Source of the DNA: an uncultured Chloroflexia bacterium
GTDB lineage: Bacteria; Chloroflexota; Limnocylindria; QHBO01
Length of the DNA: 64,000 nucleotides
Direction of reading: 5' to 3'
NCBI GenBank assembly: GCA_963825525.1
Contig: CAWGTN010000004.1
Span: 1 to 64,000 of the forward strand
A program made the translations under genes and the position numbers. Shown here in pieces: positions 50,587-60,063 of the stretch. Every line of letters starts with the position of its first letter. Within the stretch, counting starts at the first letter, position 1. The notes beneath the pieces were generated by a model. It did no database searches and was not told the DNA's origin. It worked only from the letters and a program-made list of their open reading frames with translations.

Positions 50587-51609
50587 TTACTCGGCTGGTT
50601 CGGTGGGCGTCTCGGCGATGATCGCGCGCACGATGGAATCGGTGGTGATCCCCTCGGCCTCGCCCTCGAAGTTCAGGATCACCCGATGCCGAAGGGCCGG
50701 CGGGGCGACCGACTGGACGTCGCTGTACGAGACGTTGAAGCGACCGTCGAGCAGGGCGTTGATCTTCGCGCCGAGCACGATGGCCTGCGCACCGCGCGGT
50801 GAGCCGCCGTAGCGGACATACGACGTGACGATCTCCGGGACCCGCTCGGTTTCCGGATGCGTGGCGCGCAGTAGCCGAATCGCGTACGCCATGACGTGGG
50901 AGGCGATCGGTACATCTCGCGCCAGGCGCTGCATGGCGACGATATCGGCCCCGCTGGCGGCCTTGCCGACTTTCGGCTGGTCGACGCCGGTCGTGCGTTC
51001 CATGATCGCGATGAGGTCGTCCTCCGACGGGAAGGGCACGTCGATCTTGAAGAAGAAGCGGTCGAGCTGCGCTTCGGGCAGCGGATACGTCCCTTCCATC
51101 TCGAGCGGGTTCTGCGTCGCCAGCACGAAGAACGGCTCGGTCAGCGTGTATTGCTGCTTCGCGACGGTGACCCGATGCTCCTGCATCGCCTCGAGCAGCG
51201 CCGACTGCGTCTTCGGCGTCGCGCGGTTGATCTCGTCTGCCAGCACGAGATTGCTGAAGATCGGTCCCTGCTGGAAGCGGAACCGGCGTTCCCCGCCCTC
51301 CTCCACGATGATGTTCGTGCCCACGATGTCGGCCGGCATGAGGTCCGGGGTGAACTGGATGCGGCTGAACCCGAGGTCGAGAGCGTCGGCCATCGTCCGC
51401 ACCAGCATCGTCTTGCCCAGCCCCGGCACGCCTTCGAGCAGCGCGTGCGAACCGGCCAGCAGGCTGATGAGCGTCTGACGCACGAGCTGATGCTGCCCGA
51501 CGATGAACCCGCCGACTTCGGCCTCGATACGGGTCGCCATCTCGGCGAACTGCTCGGGCGCCAGCTCGGGGGTTGCCGCTGGGGCGGCGGGAGAGATCGG
51601 CTCGGTCAT
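50587..51609 (-). CDS. moxR: MoxR family AAA+ ATPase
   Basis: GVPGLGKT, RIQFTPDLMPAD, DEINRATPKTQSALLEAM, ATQNP, YPLPEAQLDRF. Confidence 0.95.
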   Translation of the reverse strand: MTEPISPAAPAATPELAPEQFAEMATRIEAEVGGFIVGQHQLVRQTLISLLAGSHALLEGVPGLGKTMLVRTMADALDLGFSRIQFTPDLMPADIVGTNIIVEEGGERRFRFQQGPIFSNLVLADEINRATPKTQSALLEAMQEHRVTVAKQQYTLTEPFFVLATQNPLEMEGTYPLPEAQLDRFFFKIDVPFPSEDDLIAIMERTTGVDQPKVGKAASGADIVAMQRLARDVPIASHVMAYAIRLLRATHPETERVPEIVTSYVRYGGSPRGAQAIVLGAKINALLDGRFNVSYSDVQSVAPPALRHRVILNFEGEAEGITTDSIVRAIIAETPTEPAE

Positions 51610-51621
51610 GGGGTCCTCTGC

Positions 51622-53460
51622 TCAGTCCGTGGGTTCGAGGCGGGAGAAGTAGTCGCGCACGAAGTCCTTGAGGGTGATCGGCACCTGCTGCCGATCCAGC
51701 GCGGACTGCGCGTAGTTGTCGAACAGGTCGAAGACCGATCGATACGGCACCACGCTGTCGTTGTTGAAGCCGACGCCTGAACCACTGCCGCTCTGATCGG
51801 TGCCGCCGTTGCCTCCGCTGCCGGCGATGAAGTCGGGGTCGCCGGGTCGCCCGAAGCGATCGAAGTCTGAGAGCACGCTGCCCTCACCGTCCGTCTCCGA
51901 GCCCTGGTTTCCGCTCGTGGGTCCGTTGAATCCGCCGGTTCGCAGGCCGCCTCCGGGAATGCGCCGCACGTTGGTACCGCCGCCCCCGCCCAGCTGGCCG
52001 CCGTTTCCCGGCTGGTTGCCGGGCTGACTGCCCGGCTGACTTCCGGGCTGGCCACCGGGCTGCCCACCCGGCTGGCCACCGGGTTGCCCACCGGGCTGGC
52101 CACCTGGTTGCCCACCGGGCTGACCGGAGCTGCCGGGTTGCCCCGAGCTGCCGGGTTGACCGGAGCCAGCTGGCTGACCTGAACCACCCGGCTGTCCCGA
52201 ACCGCCGGGTTGACCCGAGGAGCCCGGCTGACCGGACGAGCCGGGCTGGCCGGTGCTCGCGCCCGTTGGCTGTCCGGCGCGCGCCACCTGGCGTGCCCCA
52301 TCCTGGAGTGCCGATTGGGCTCGCGCCAGGTCGCGCTGGACCTGACGATCCCGCTGGGATTCACGGAGCGCGTCTGCGGCTCGCTCGAGGGCATCGGTTG
52401 CGGCCTGGCGATCCTCCTCGCTCTGGCTTCGCGCGGCCGTCTCGAGCGCATCCGCGGCCTCGGCAAGCGCGCTGGCGGCCGCCGGCTGGGATGCGGCCCC
52501 CGCCTGCGCGGCGCGGCGCATGGCATCGGCCCGCTCGGCGGCCTCCTCTGCCGAGAGCTCGTCCTGGCGCTCGGCGAGCTCTTCGAGGTCGCGAGCTGCC
52601 TCCTCCGGGTCACCCTCGGGGTTCGCGTCCGGGTCGTCGGTGGCTGCCTGGGAGACCGCCCTGGCCAGTTGGGTCAGCGCCGCATCCTGTTCGGCGGCCT
52701 GCGGGTCGGTCTGGCGCGCAAGCTCCTCCTGGACGGAGCCGATGCGGGCCAGGGTTGCCTCGCGATCGTCGCCGGATTCGCGGAGCTGCCGCGCAAGCTC
52801 CCGGAGCTCCCGTTCCAGCTGTTCCCGGCGCGGGTCGGGATTCTCGACGTTCTCCTCGCCAACCTCGTCGGCAATCTCCTCGACGCGCTCGGCCACGCGT
52901 TCCGCAGCTTCGCGTGCGATTCGCCGCTGTGCCAGCAGGTCATCCTGCGGATTCGGCCAGGCCACCAGGAGCAGCGTCATCACGAGCCCCACGCCGGCAA
53001 CGCTCAGTGGGGTTCGGGCGAACCGCGGTCGGAAGGCGCGGCGCAGGTCGATCTCGTTGAGGCGAGCGCGCGCATCGGCGAGCTGGCGGGCCTCGAGCGC
53101 GTCGCCCGTGTCCCGTTGAGCAAGCTCGAGCGCCGTCCCGAGTCGCTGGCGCATGCCCAGCTCCTCGTCCGCCCGTCGGGCCGCGTCCACGATCGAGGGA
53201 CGTCGGCGCCACGAGTCGACAAGCCAGGCGAGGACCGCAAGGCCGACCACGCCTGCCTGGATCGGCCGGGTGGCCTCGATCGGAAACACGCGCGAGATGA
53301 GCTGGACCAGCGCGATCGCCAGGACGGCGATGGCCGCCGCCACGAGGCCGGATCGAACGGATCGGCGCCACCACAACCGGCGCCGCAGGCGCCGCAGGCG
53401 GGCGAGCGCGTCGGGCCCGATGCGCTCGGCTACCGCTCGGTCGACGATTCGGTCATGCAT
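51622..53460 (-). CDS. Membrane-anchored coiled-coil protein with Gln/Pro/Gly-rich tract (DUF4175-like)
   Basis: 3 TMs, RLGTALE, long acidic coiled coil, QPGG repeats, C-terminal VPY...VP...VRDYF. Confidence 0.8.
   Translation of the reverse strand: MHDRIVDRAVAERIGPDALARLRRLRRRLWWRRSVRSGLVAAAIAVLAIALVQLISRVFPIEATRPIQAGVVGLAVLAWLVDSWRRRPSIVDAARRADEELGMRQRLGTALELAQRDTGDALEARQLADARARLNEIDLRRAFRPRFARTPLSVAGVGLVMTLLLVAWPNPQDDLLAQRRIAREAAERVAERVEEIADEVGEENVENPDPRREQLERELRELARQLRESGDDREATLARIGSVQEELARQTDPQAAEQDAALTQLARAVSQAATDDPDANPEGDPEEAARDLEELAERQDELSAEEAAERADAMRRAAQAGAASQPAAASALAEAADALETAARSQSEEDRQAATDALERAADALRESQRDRQVQRDLARAQSALQDGARQVARAGQPTGASTGQPGSSGQPGSSGQPGGSGQPGGSGQPAGSGQPGSSGQPGSSGQPGGQPGGQPGGQPGGQPGGQPGGQPGSQPGSQPGNQPGNGGQLGGGGGTNVRRIPGGGLRTGGFNGPTSGNQGSETDGEGSVLSDFDRFGRPGDPDFIAGSGGNGGTDQSGSGSGVGFNNDSVVPYRSVFDLFDNYAQSALDRQQVPITLKDFVRDYFSRLEPTD
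52005..52275 (-). repeat. Coding tandem repeats: (SGQPG[SG])n and (QPGG)n, 18-nt and 12-nt units
   Basis: About 18 QP[GA] units with synonymous codon variation. Confidence 0.85.
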
Positions 53461-54602
53461 CGGTCGGGTCCTCGGGTTTCGTCGCGAGCGGAGCCGGCGT
53501 CATCGGCGGCAGGTCCGCTGGGTGCGGCGATCATTCGTCGCCGGCGGAAGGCCCATCGCATGCCGGGTGGAACCACGAAGCGCGTGGCCCCCACGGTCAG
53601 GATGGCGGAGATCACGATGAAGGTGATCGTGATCCGCGGCCACCAGTAGCCGTTGGTTGGCGCCCCGGCGTTCCCGATCGGGTTGCCGAACTGATCGACC
53701 GGGCGGCAGTCGTTGCCGATGCAGTCCACGTTTCCCTCGAAGTTCGGCGCGCTGCCCCGCAGCTCGGCCAGCACGCTCGTGATGCCACCGAAGCCTCCCG
53801 GCTCGGTGTTGGCGACCACGTCGAGCATGGCGACGCCCGGGTTGATGTACATCAGCTGCTCCGGAGCTCGTTTCGCCTGCCCGAAGGCGACGCCGTTGTC
53901 CGTCTGGTTCGCGACGACCGTCCAGAAGATGAACAGCATCGTCGTGCCGAGGGTCAGCGCCAGCATGGTGATGAAGGTGAGGACCGTGGCCGCTTGCGTG
54001 CGCTTGAGGAGGGCCGAGAAGAACAGGCCCACGGCTCCCAGCAGCAGCGCCGTCGCCAGCAGCACGATCTGCTGACGCACGATGTCATCGACCGATGCGC
54101 CGCCGTACATGAGCACGATGGCGGTGATCGGCACCGCGGCCACGATCATGAGCACCACGAAGGCGAGGGCGGCCGCGAGCTTGCCGAGCACGATGGCCCC
54201 CGGACGCATCGGCGTGCTGATGAGGAGGTCCAGGGTCTGCTTCTCGCGCTCCAGGCTGATCTGGCCGGCAGTGAACGCCGGAGCGATGAATGAGACGAGG
54301 ATGAGCTGGAAGATCGAGAGGAGGGTGAAGATCGTCTGGCCGATGAGGGCGGAGGCGTTGGCCTGTCCTCCGAAGCCACCGAACCCGCCAGCGAAGCCGC
54401 GGGCGTTCGGCGCGATCACGACATAGACGCCATATGTGATGAGCGCCAGGATTGCCAGGTAGACGGTGAGCACGATGAACGCTCGGCGACCACGCATCCG
54501 CGAGCGGAGCTCCTTCACCATGATCGTGCCGACGGCGGATGCGAACTCGCGAGCGGCGCTGGCGCGCGGTGGCCGACTGAATGCCGTTCCCGCTGCCGTC
54601 AT
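53430..54602 (-). CDS. ABC-2 type transporter permease
   Basis: KELRSRMRGRRAF, ISLEREKQTLDLL, IVLGKL; ATG 54602 overlaps ATPase stop. Confidence 0.88.
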   Translation of the reverse strand: MTAAGTAFSRPPRASAAREFASAVGTIMVKELRSRMRGRRAFIVLTVYLAILALITYGVYVVIAPNARGFAGGFGGFGGQANASALIGQTIFTLLSIFQLILVSFIAPAFTAGQISLEREKQTLDLLISTPMRPGAIVLGKLAAALAFVVLMIVAAVPITAIVLMYGGASVDDIVRQQIVLLATALLLGAVGLFFSALLKRTQAATVLTFITMLALTLGTTMLFIFWTVVANQTDNGVAFGQAKRAPEQLMYINPGVAMLDVVANTEPGGFGGITSVLAELRGSAPNFEGNVDCIGNDCRPVDQFGNPIGNAGAPTNGYWWPRITITFIVISAILTVGATRFVVPPGMRWAFRRRRMIAAPSGPAADDAGSARDETRGPDRCMTESSTER

Positions 54603-55582
54603 GCCGCCGTCTCCTCGTCCATCTGACCGGTCACCTTCAGGAAGATCTCCTCGAGGTCGCTCGTCGCCTGGCTGAACCCGACCACCCGATGACCGTCCGC
54701 GATCATGGCTCGCAGCAAGTCCGCCTGGCCGTCCATCGGCCCATCGAACGATGCTTCGATTCTGGTGGCCCCGTCGGCGTCGACCGTCCCACCGAGGACG
54801 TCCGCAATACGGGAATCGGTTCCCAGCCACTCGCGAGCGGCCGTGATGGCGGCCTCGTCGCCAAGGACGTCGATCCGCAGGAGCGCGCTCGCCCGCAGGG
54901 AGCGCTCGATCTCGCCGATGGTTCCGGATCGGAGAAGGCGGCCGCGGTCGATGATCGCGACGCCGGTGCACATCTCGCCGAGCTCGGGAAGGATGTGGCT
55001 GCTGACGAGGATCGTCTTGCCCATCGAGCGCAGCTCGCGAAGGATCTCGCGCATCTCGACCCGCGCCCTCGGGTCGAGTCCGGACGCGGGCTCGTCGAGG
55101 ATGAGGAGGGCCGGATCGTGGACCAGCGTGTGGGCCAGGCACAGGCGCTGGCGCATGCCCCGGGACATGCTCTCGACGTATCCGTCACGCTTCTCGGTGA
55201 GCCCCACGATCTCGAGCAGCTCGTTGATCATCAGTGGGCGGCGATTCGCCGGCACGCCGTAGCAGCGCGCAAAGAAGTCGAGGTACTCCCAGACGCGCAG
55301 GTCGTCGTAGACGCCGTAGAAATCGGGCATGTAGCCGATGCGACGACGCACTTCGAGCGGATTGGCATTCACCGGGATGCCGGTGACGAACGCCTCTCCC
55401 GCCGTCGGTGCCAGCAGGGTGGCGAGGATCTTCATGGTCGTGGTCTTGCCGGCTCCGTTCGGGCCGACCAGCCCATAGATCTCGCCGGGGCCCACCACGA
55501 GATCGACGCCCGCCACCGCGAGCTGATCCCCGTAGCGCTTGACGAGGCCGCGCGTCTCCACGACCGGGGTCGCCGTCATCAT
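54599..55582 (-). CDS. ABC transporter ATP-binding protein
   Basis: GPNGAGKT, MSRGMRQR, LDEPASGLD, SSHIL. Confidence 0.93.
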   Translation of the reverse strand: MMTATPVVETRGLVKRYGDQLAVAGVDLVVGPGEIYGLVGPNGAGKTTTMKILATLLAPTAGEAFVTGIPVNANPLEVRRRIGYMPDFYGVYDDLRVWEYLDFFARCYGVPANRRPLMINELLEIVGLTEKRDGYVESMSRGMRQRLCLAHTLVHDPALLILDEPASGLDPRARVEMREILRELRSMGKTILVSSHILPELGEMCTGVAIIDRGRLLRSGTIGEIERSLRASALLRIDVLGDEAAITAAREWLGTDSRIADVLGGTVDADGATRIEASFDGPMDGQADLLRAMIADGHRVVGFSQATSDLEEIFLKVTGQMDEETAA

Positions 55583-58014
55583 TCGCTGATCACCCCTGTG
55601 GCCGTCGCGCTGACGAAGACTCCCGGCTGGCCGAAATTCGGATCGGCGGCGACGCCCGTGATCCGGACCTCGACGCGACCGGAGCCGCTCATGGCCGAGG
55701 CGGGATCGTCGATCTCGAATCGGGTCTGCTGGCTGATGTCGCCGAGCATGGTCCAGGCGCCCGTCTCCGGGTCGCGGACCTCGATCGTGAATCCCTGCGG
55801 CCAGAATCCGCCGAACCCGCCGTCCTGGCCGGTGAGGACGATTGACGGGTCCGGCCCGACGAGGATTTCGAGGCTTGATACGGCCATGTTGGTTGCCTCG
55901 AGCGGCAGAGCAATGCTGTACGTCACCGACCCATCGCCCAGCATCATCATCCCACCACCACCGTCATTCGCCTCTCCCTCGGTGCCGATGACGGAGATCG
56001 CCATCTGGCTCGGCCTCACCTCGACTTCACCGGGGCCAAGGCTGGGGCGGATGCTGATGACCTCCACCGACTGGGCGTACTCCTGGGCAATCAGATCGTC
56101 AACGACCACCGACAGCGGGCCGGGATCATCCGTCCAGCCGATGACGTACGGTCCGCGGCCGCTGGCGGTGCCGAGATCGATGCCCGGGGCGAAGCCGCCG
56201 AACCCGACGAGGGCGTCGATCACCTGCCGGCGAACCAGGATCTGGCGCTGCTGCTCGCTCGTGGCGTCGAACCCGCCGAATCCGTAGACCTGGTCGGACG
56301 CCGATGAGCCGTTGAAATTGTTCGCGCCCAGCGTAAAGTCGACGCTGGCGCCCGGCGCCAGCTCGCGCTCGATCATGTCCCCGCCGCCGCTGCTGATGTA
56401 TGCGACGTCGCGCACCACCTCGCCGCTGACGTTGGTCGCCGTCCCGATGGCGTCGCCGTCCTCGCTGCGCCAGGTGACGCTGAGGACGGGCTCGTGATCC
56501 ACGATCGCGTCCGCCCGCACCGCCTCGAAGCCGAACACGCCGATGGCGAGGTCGCGGACACGAGCCGGATTCCCCAGCTCGATGACGACGTCGGACGCCG
56601 CCGGCCGGCCGTTGAAGTCCAGGCGGCCGAGCCGCGCCATGAGCGCATCGGCTTCGGCTGTGACGTTGTAGGTCGCTCGATCGGGCGAGAAAATGCCGGC
56701 GTAGGTCTCCGCCGTGGCGGTCCCGTCCACGCCGCTCGATCGGATGATCGAGATCTTGTTGACGATCACGTTCGTGCCCTTCATGGCATTGCCGATGCCG
56801 AACGATCCGGCCGTGAAGACGATGACCAGAGCCGGTGCCGTGATCCATGCCAGCTCGCGGCGGTCCATGCGTCGCAGGACGATGTAGCTCACCGGCCCGA
56901 TGAGCAGGATGTAGGCGACGATGACGCCGAGCAGGAGCTCGGCGGGCGGAACCTCGAGCGAGGGCAGGTTGCCAAGGGCGTTGCCCATGGCGTTCTGCAT
57001 CTCCTCGCGGGCGGGGAAGCCGCCGAAGAACTGCTCCAGGGCAGCGTTCGAGGGAAGCAGTCTGGCCCACAGTGACGTGGCGCCTTCCCAGCCGCGATAG
57101 TCGGCGGTCGCAAGGTCCGCACCCAGCAGGATCACCCGGCCACCACCGACGCCGCGCATGGAGCCGATGACCGTCCCGTCCTCGGCGCTGAACAACGTTC
57201 GCGATCCATCTCTCAGCGTGCCCGTCGAGACCGTCGCCGTTTCAGCAGCCACTTCCTGGGCGCCGGCCCACTCGGCCAGCGATGCCATCGCTACGTCGTC
57301 CACGGCGACGAGGTCATCGAGGGGCAGGATGTCCGCCAAGCCGTCGGTTCGCGCCTGCCAGTCGGGACCGCCGACCACCACGAGCTGACCGCCGTTGGCG
57401 ACCCAGCGTTCGATGCTGCGACGCTGACCCTCGGTGAGCGCCGAGCTGTCATCGGCCCACACGATGGCGCTCAGTCCGGCCAATGGCTCCGGGCGCTCCG
57501 GGATGTCGGCGAGGGTCAACACCAGCGGTGCCGGCACGCCGAGGGTGTCGGGCAGGGAGAGCTGCGGTCGAAGGTTGCCGGCCCCGTCGCCGACCACCCC
57601 GATCTGCGATGACGACTGCTCGAGCACGCGGGTCTCGACGATGGCCTCGACCGTCCCGTTGGGCTCGCGGTACTCGACGGTGATGCGGCGCTGGAATGCC
57701 TCGGGCTGGACGTACAACATGACGACCTTGCGAGCGCCTGCCGGCATCTCGACGTAGCGCTCGACGGTTCCGGCCTCGGTCGTGGCGGTCACCACACCCT
57801 CGGTCGGCTCGCCCTCATTGACGAGCGTTGCCGAGATGGCCATCCAGCCACCGACGGCATAGCGCCCGCCGACAAGCGCGCTGGCTTCGAGCTTGACGGA
57901 GCTGGCGGCATGGACCGGTAGGGCCGGAACAAGGAGTGCCAGCGCCAGGAACAGGCCGGCCACGAGCGACATCGCGACACGGCGATCTCGCGAGATGGCG
58001 GTCTGGTTGATCAT
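55579..58014 (-). CDS. Large exported/membrane protein with glutamine-amidotransferase-like domain and internal TM pair
   Basis: Signal peptide, WVANGGQLVVVGG, YILLIGPVSY...RRELAWITAP; GAGGGG SD before ATG 58014. Confidence 0.8.
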   Translation of the reverse strand: MINQTAISRDRRVAMSLVAGLFLALALLVPALPVHAASSVKLEASALVGGRYAVGGWMAISATLVNEGEPTEGVVTATTEAGTVERYVEMPAGARKVVMLYVQPEAFQRRITVEYREPNGTVEAIVETRVLEQSSSQIGVVGDGAGNLRPQLSLPDTLGVPAPLVLTLADIPERPEPLAGLSAIVWADDSSALTEGQRRSIERWVANGGQLVVVGGPDWQARTDGLADILPLDDLVAVDDVAMASLAEWAGAQEVAAETATVSTGTLRDGSRTLFSAEDGTVIGSMRGVGGGRVILLGADLATADYRGWEGATSLWARLLPSNAALEQFFGGFPAREEMQNAMGNALGNLPSLEVPPAELLLGVIVAYILLIGPVSYIVLRRMDRRELAWITAPALVIVFTAGSFGIGNAMKGTNVIVNKISIIRSSGVDGTATAETYAGIFSPDRATYNVTAEADALMARLGRLDFNGRPAASDVVIELGNPARVRDLAIGVFGFEAVRADAIVDHEPVLSVTWRSEDGDAIGTATNVSGEVVRDVAYISSGGGDMIERELAPGASVDFTLGANNFNGSSASDQVYGFGGFDATSEQQRQILVRRQVIDALVGFGGFAPGIDLGTASGRGPYVIGWTDDPGPLSVVVDDLIAQEYAQSVEVISIRPSLGPGEVEVRPSQMAISVIGTEGEANDGGGGMMMLGDGSVTYSIALPLEATNMAVSSLEILVGPDPSIVLTGQDGGFGGFWPQGFTIEVRDPETGAWTMLGDISQQTRFEIDDPASAMSGSGRVEVRITGVAADPNFGQPGVFVSATATGVISE

Positions 58015-58059
58015 CGTCCCCTCTGTGCGGTCGGGTCGCCAGGGTGAGCAGGTCACCAG

Positions 58060-58087
58060 TAGACGCCGGGACGGGCATTTGAGTTGC
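58060..58087 (-). promoter_or_regulatory. ECF sigma-type promoter of the MoxR/VWA/ABC operon
   Basis: GCAACT-N16-CGTCTA on minus strand, about 45 nt upstream of first ATG; TACACT at 58116-58121 may be a second promoter. Confidence 0.6.
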
Positions 58088-58161
58088 ACGTTGGCGGCTG
58101 CTCTCGACGCGGCGGAGTGTACGGGACGCGGACCGCCCGATGCTAGAGTGCGAATCAGCCC

Positions 58162-60063
58162 ATGGATGTTTCGATCTCCGACGGTCGTCACGAGCTCGAG
58201 CGCCATCTCGAGGATCAGATGCGCACCCAGGAGCGCCAATTGGCGTGGGTGCGCCTCGGCCTGGTGCTCATCGCCGGTCTCGTCGTGCTGGTCTACACCC
58301 CGCTGCTGACCCTGCGTCCGGCTCTGCTCGGCGTCCTCGGCTTGATCGGCCTTTCGACACTGGCGGTTCCGGCGCTCCTCTCACGCTTCCCGGCGCGCGA
58401 GGTCGGCATCGTGACCACCGCGTTGGACATGGCGGCGGTGACCGTGGTCGTGTACCTGGCCGGGAACGCGATCGACGCGTACCTGTTCTACGGCCTCGTC
58501 ATCCTGGGGGCTGCCCTGCGCTTCGGCCTGGGGGCATCGATCTGGTCGTCGATCGTGATGAGCGGCCTGTACGCCGCGGTGGTGTTCACCATGCAGCCGG
58601 ACGAGGCGTCCCTCCAGGTGCTGCAGGTTCGGATCGCGTACCTCGTGGGCGTCGGCGTGGTGGCGGGTCTGTTCAGCCGCGTGGTGATCGAGCGGGCCGT
58701 CGAGAATGCCGAGCTCCAGCAGCAGCTGGTCGAGGATCAGCGGGACTCCGAGCTGGCGCGTGAACGCGAGCTCCTGAGCCGGCTCGGACGCGACTTCGCT
58801 TCCTCGCTGGATCGGGGGACCACGGCCGAGGCGATCACGGAGGGCGCGGCGCCGCTGCTCGGCGATGCCACCGTGCTGCTTGCCGCCGAGGGGGACGAGC
58901 GTCGGCTGTTGCCGATCGCGGCTCGTGGCCGGGATGTCGAGCTGGCGGACCGCTGGCGGGACCAGCTCGCGTCGAGGCCGCCGCGCATCGGCGAGGGGAT
59001 CATCGGGTCGGCGGCTGCCACCGCCGCCAGCGTCGAGGCCAGGCGGCCGGACTCGGCGGCGGGCGATCCCGACGGCATGGCGGCGCTCGAGCTGGCTTGG
59101 GTGCTGGCGGTGCCGATCCTGGCCGGCGGCCGACTGCAGGGCGTGCTCGCCACGGCCGGGCAGGGCGACGCCGGAGCGGGTGCCGGCCTCCATCGGTGGG
59201 CCGAGGCGCTCGCCGAGCGGGCGGGACCGGCCCTCCAGAACGCCCAGCTGTGGTCGGACCTCCAGGAGCGAATGGCACGAGAACGCGCGGCACAGCGCAT
59301 CAAGGATGATTTCCTGTCGATCGTCAGCCACGAGCTGCGCACGCCGCTCACCAGCATCCAGGGCTACTCGCAGCTGCTCGAGAGTCGCCTCCGCACCGAT
59401 CGCAACGGCGAGAGCAAGGAGATGGCGCACCTGCGCGTCATCCGCTCCCAGGTCGGGCGCATGCGACGCCTGGTGGATGACCTGCTGGACGTGAGCCGCA
59501 TCGATCGACGCGGCGTGGTGAGCATCGAGACCATGGACTTCGACCTTGCCGAGCAGATCCGGGATGCCGTCAACCGGGTCGAGCGCGAGCACTCGGACCG
59601 CGAGATCACGCTGCATGCTCCCGACTCGCTTGTGGTCCACGCGGATCGCGATCGGGTCGACCAGGTCCTGAGCAACCTGCTCGAGAACGCGGTGAAGTAT
59701 TCGCCGGAAGGCGGGCCGATCACCGTCAACGTTGACGGTCGCGGTCGCGACGTCGAGGTGACCGTCGGCGACACCGGTGTCGGGATCCCCGACGAGCATC
59801 GGGCGAACGTCTTCGAGCGCTTCTACCAGGCCGATGACGATGCCGGTCGCCGTCGATTCGGCGGCCTTGGACTGGGGCTATACATCAGCCGAGCCATCAT
59901 CGACGCGCACGGCGGTCGGATCTGGGTGGCGCCCAATCTCGAGGCCGGCCGGGGCTCGGTGTTCGGATTCCGCATTCCGCGGGTGACGATGCCGCTGCCG
60001 CTGCCCGGCGTCGAGCCCACCGGCGAGCCACCGCCGTTCGTCATGCGGAACCGCCCCGGGTGA
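58162..60063 (+). CDS. Membrane sensor histidine kinase with GAF domain
   Basis: About 6 TMs, GAF, SHELRTPL H-box, NLLENAVKY, DTGVGI, GLGLGL. Confidence 0.93.
   Translation: MDVSISDGRHELERHLEDQMRTQERQLAWVRLGLVLIAGLVVLVYTPLLTLRPALLGVLGLIGLSTLAVPALLSRFPAREVGIVTTALDMAAVTVVVYLAGNAIDAYLFYGLVILGAALRFGLGASIWSSIVMSGLYAAVVFTMQPDEASLQVLQVRIAYLVGVGVVAGLFSRVVIERAVENAELQQQLVEDQRDSELARERELLSRLGRDFASSLDRGTTAEAITEGAAPLLGDATVLLAAEGDERRLLPIAARGRDVELADRWRDQLASRPPRIGEGIIGSAAATAASVEARRPDSAAGDPDGMAALELAWVLAVPILAGGRLQGVLATAGQGDAGAGAGLHRWAEALAERAGPALQNAQLWSDLQERMARERAAQRIKDDFLSIVSHELRTPLTSIQGYSQLLESRLRTDRNGESKEMAHLRVIRSQVGRMRRLVDDLLDVSRIDRRGVVSIETMDFDLAEQIRDAVNRVEREHSDREITLHAPDSLVVHADRDRVDQVLSNLLENAVKYSPEGGPITVNVDGRGRDVEVTVGDTGVGIPDEHRANVFERFYQADDDAGRRRFGGLGLGLYISRAIIDAHGGRIWVAPNLEAGRGSVFGFRIPRVTMPLPLPGVEPTGEPPPFVMRNRPG

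Noticed and set aside
52005-52275. Tandem repeats as a possible CRISPR array
   Set aside because: In-frame coding repeats of 12/18 nt, with no unique spacers and no cas genes.
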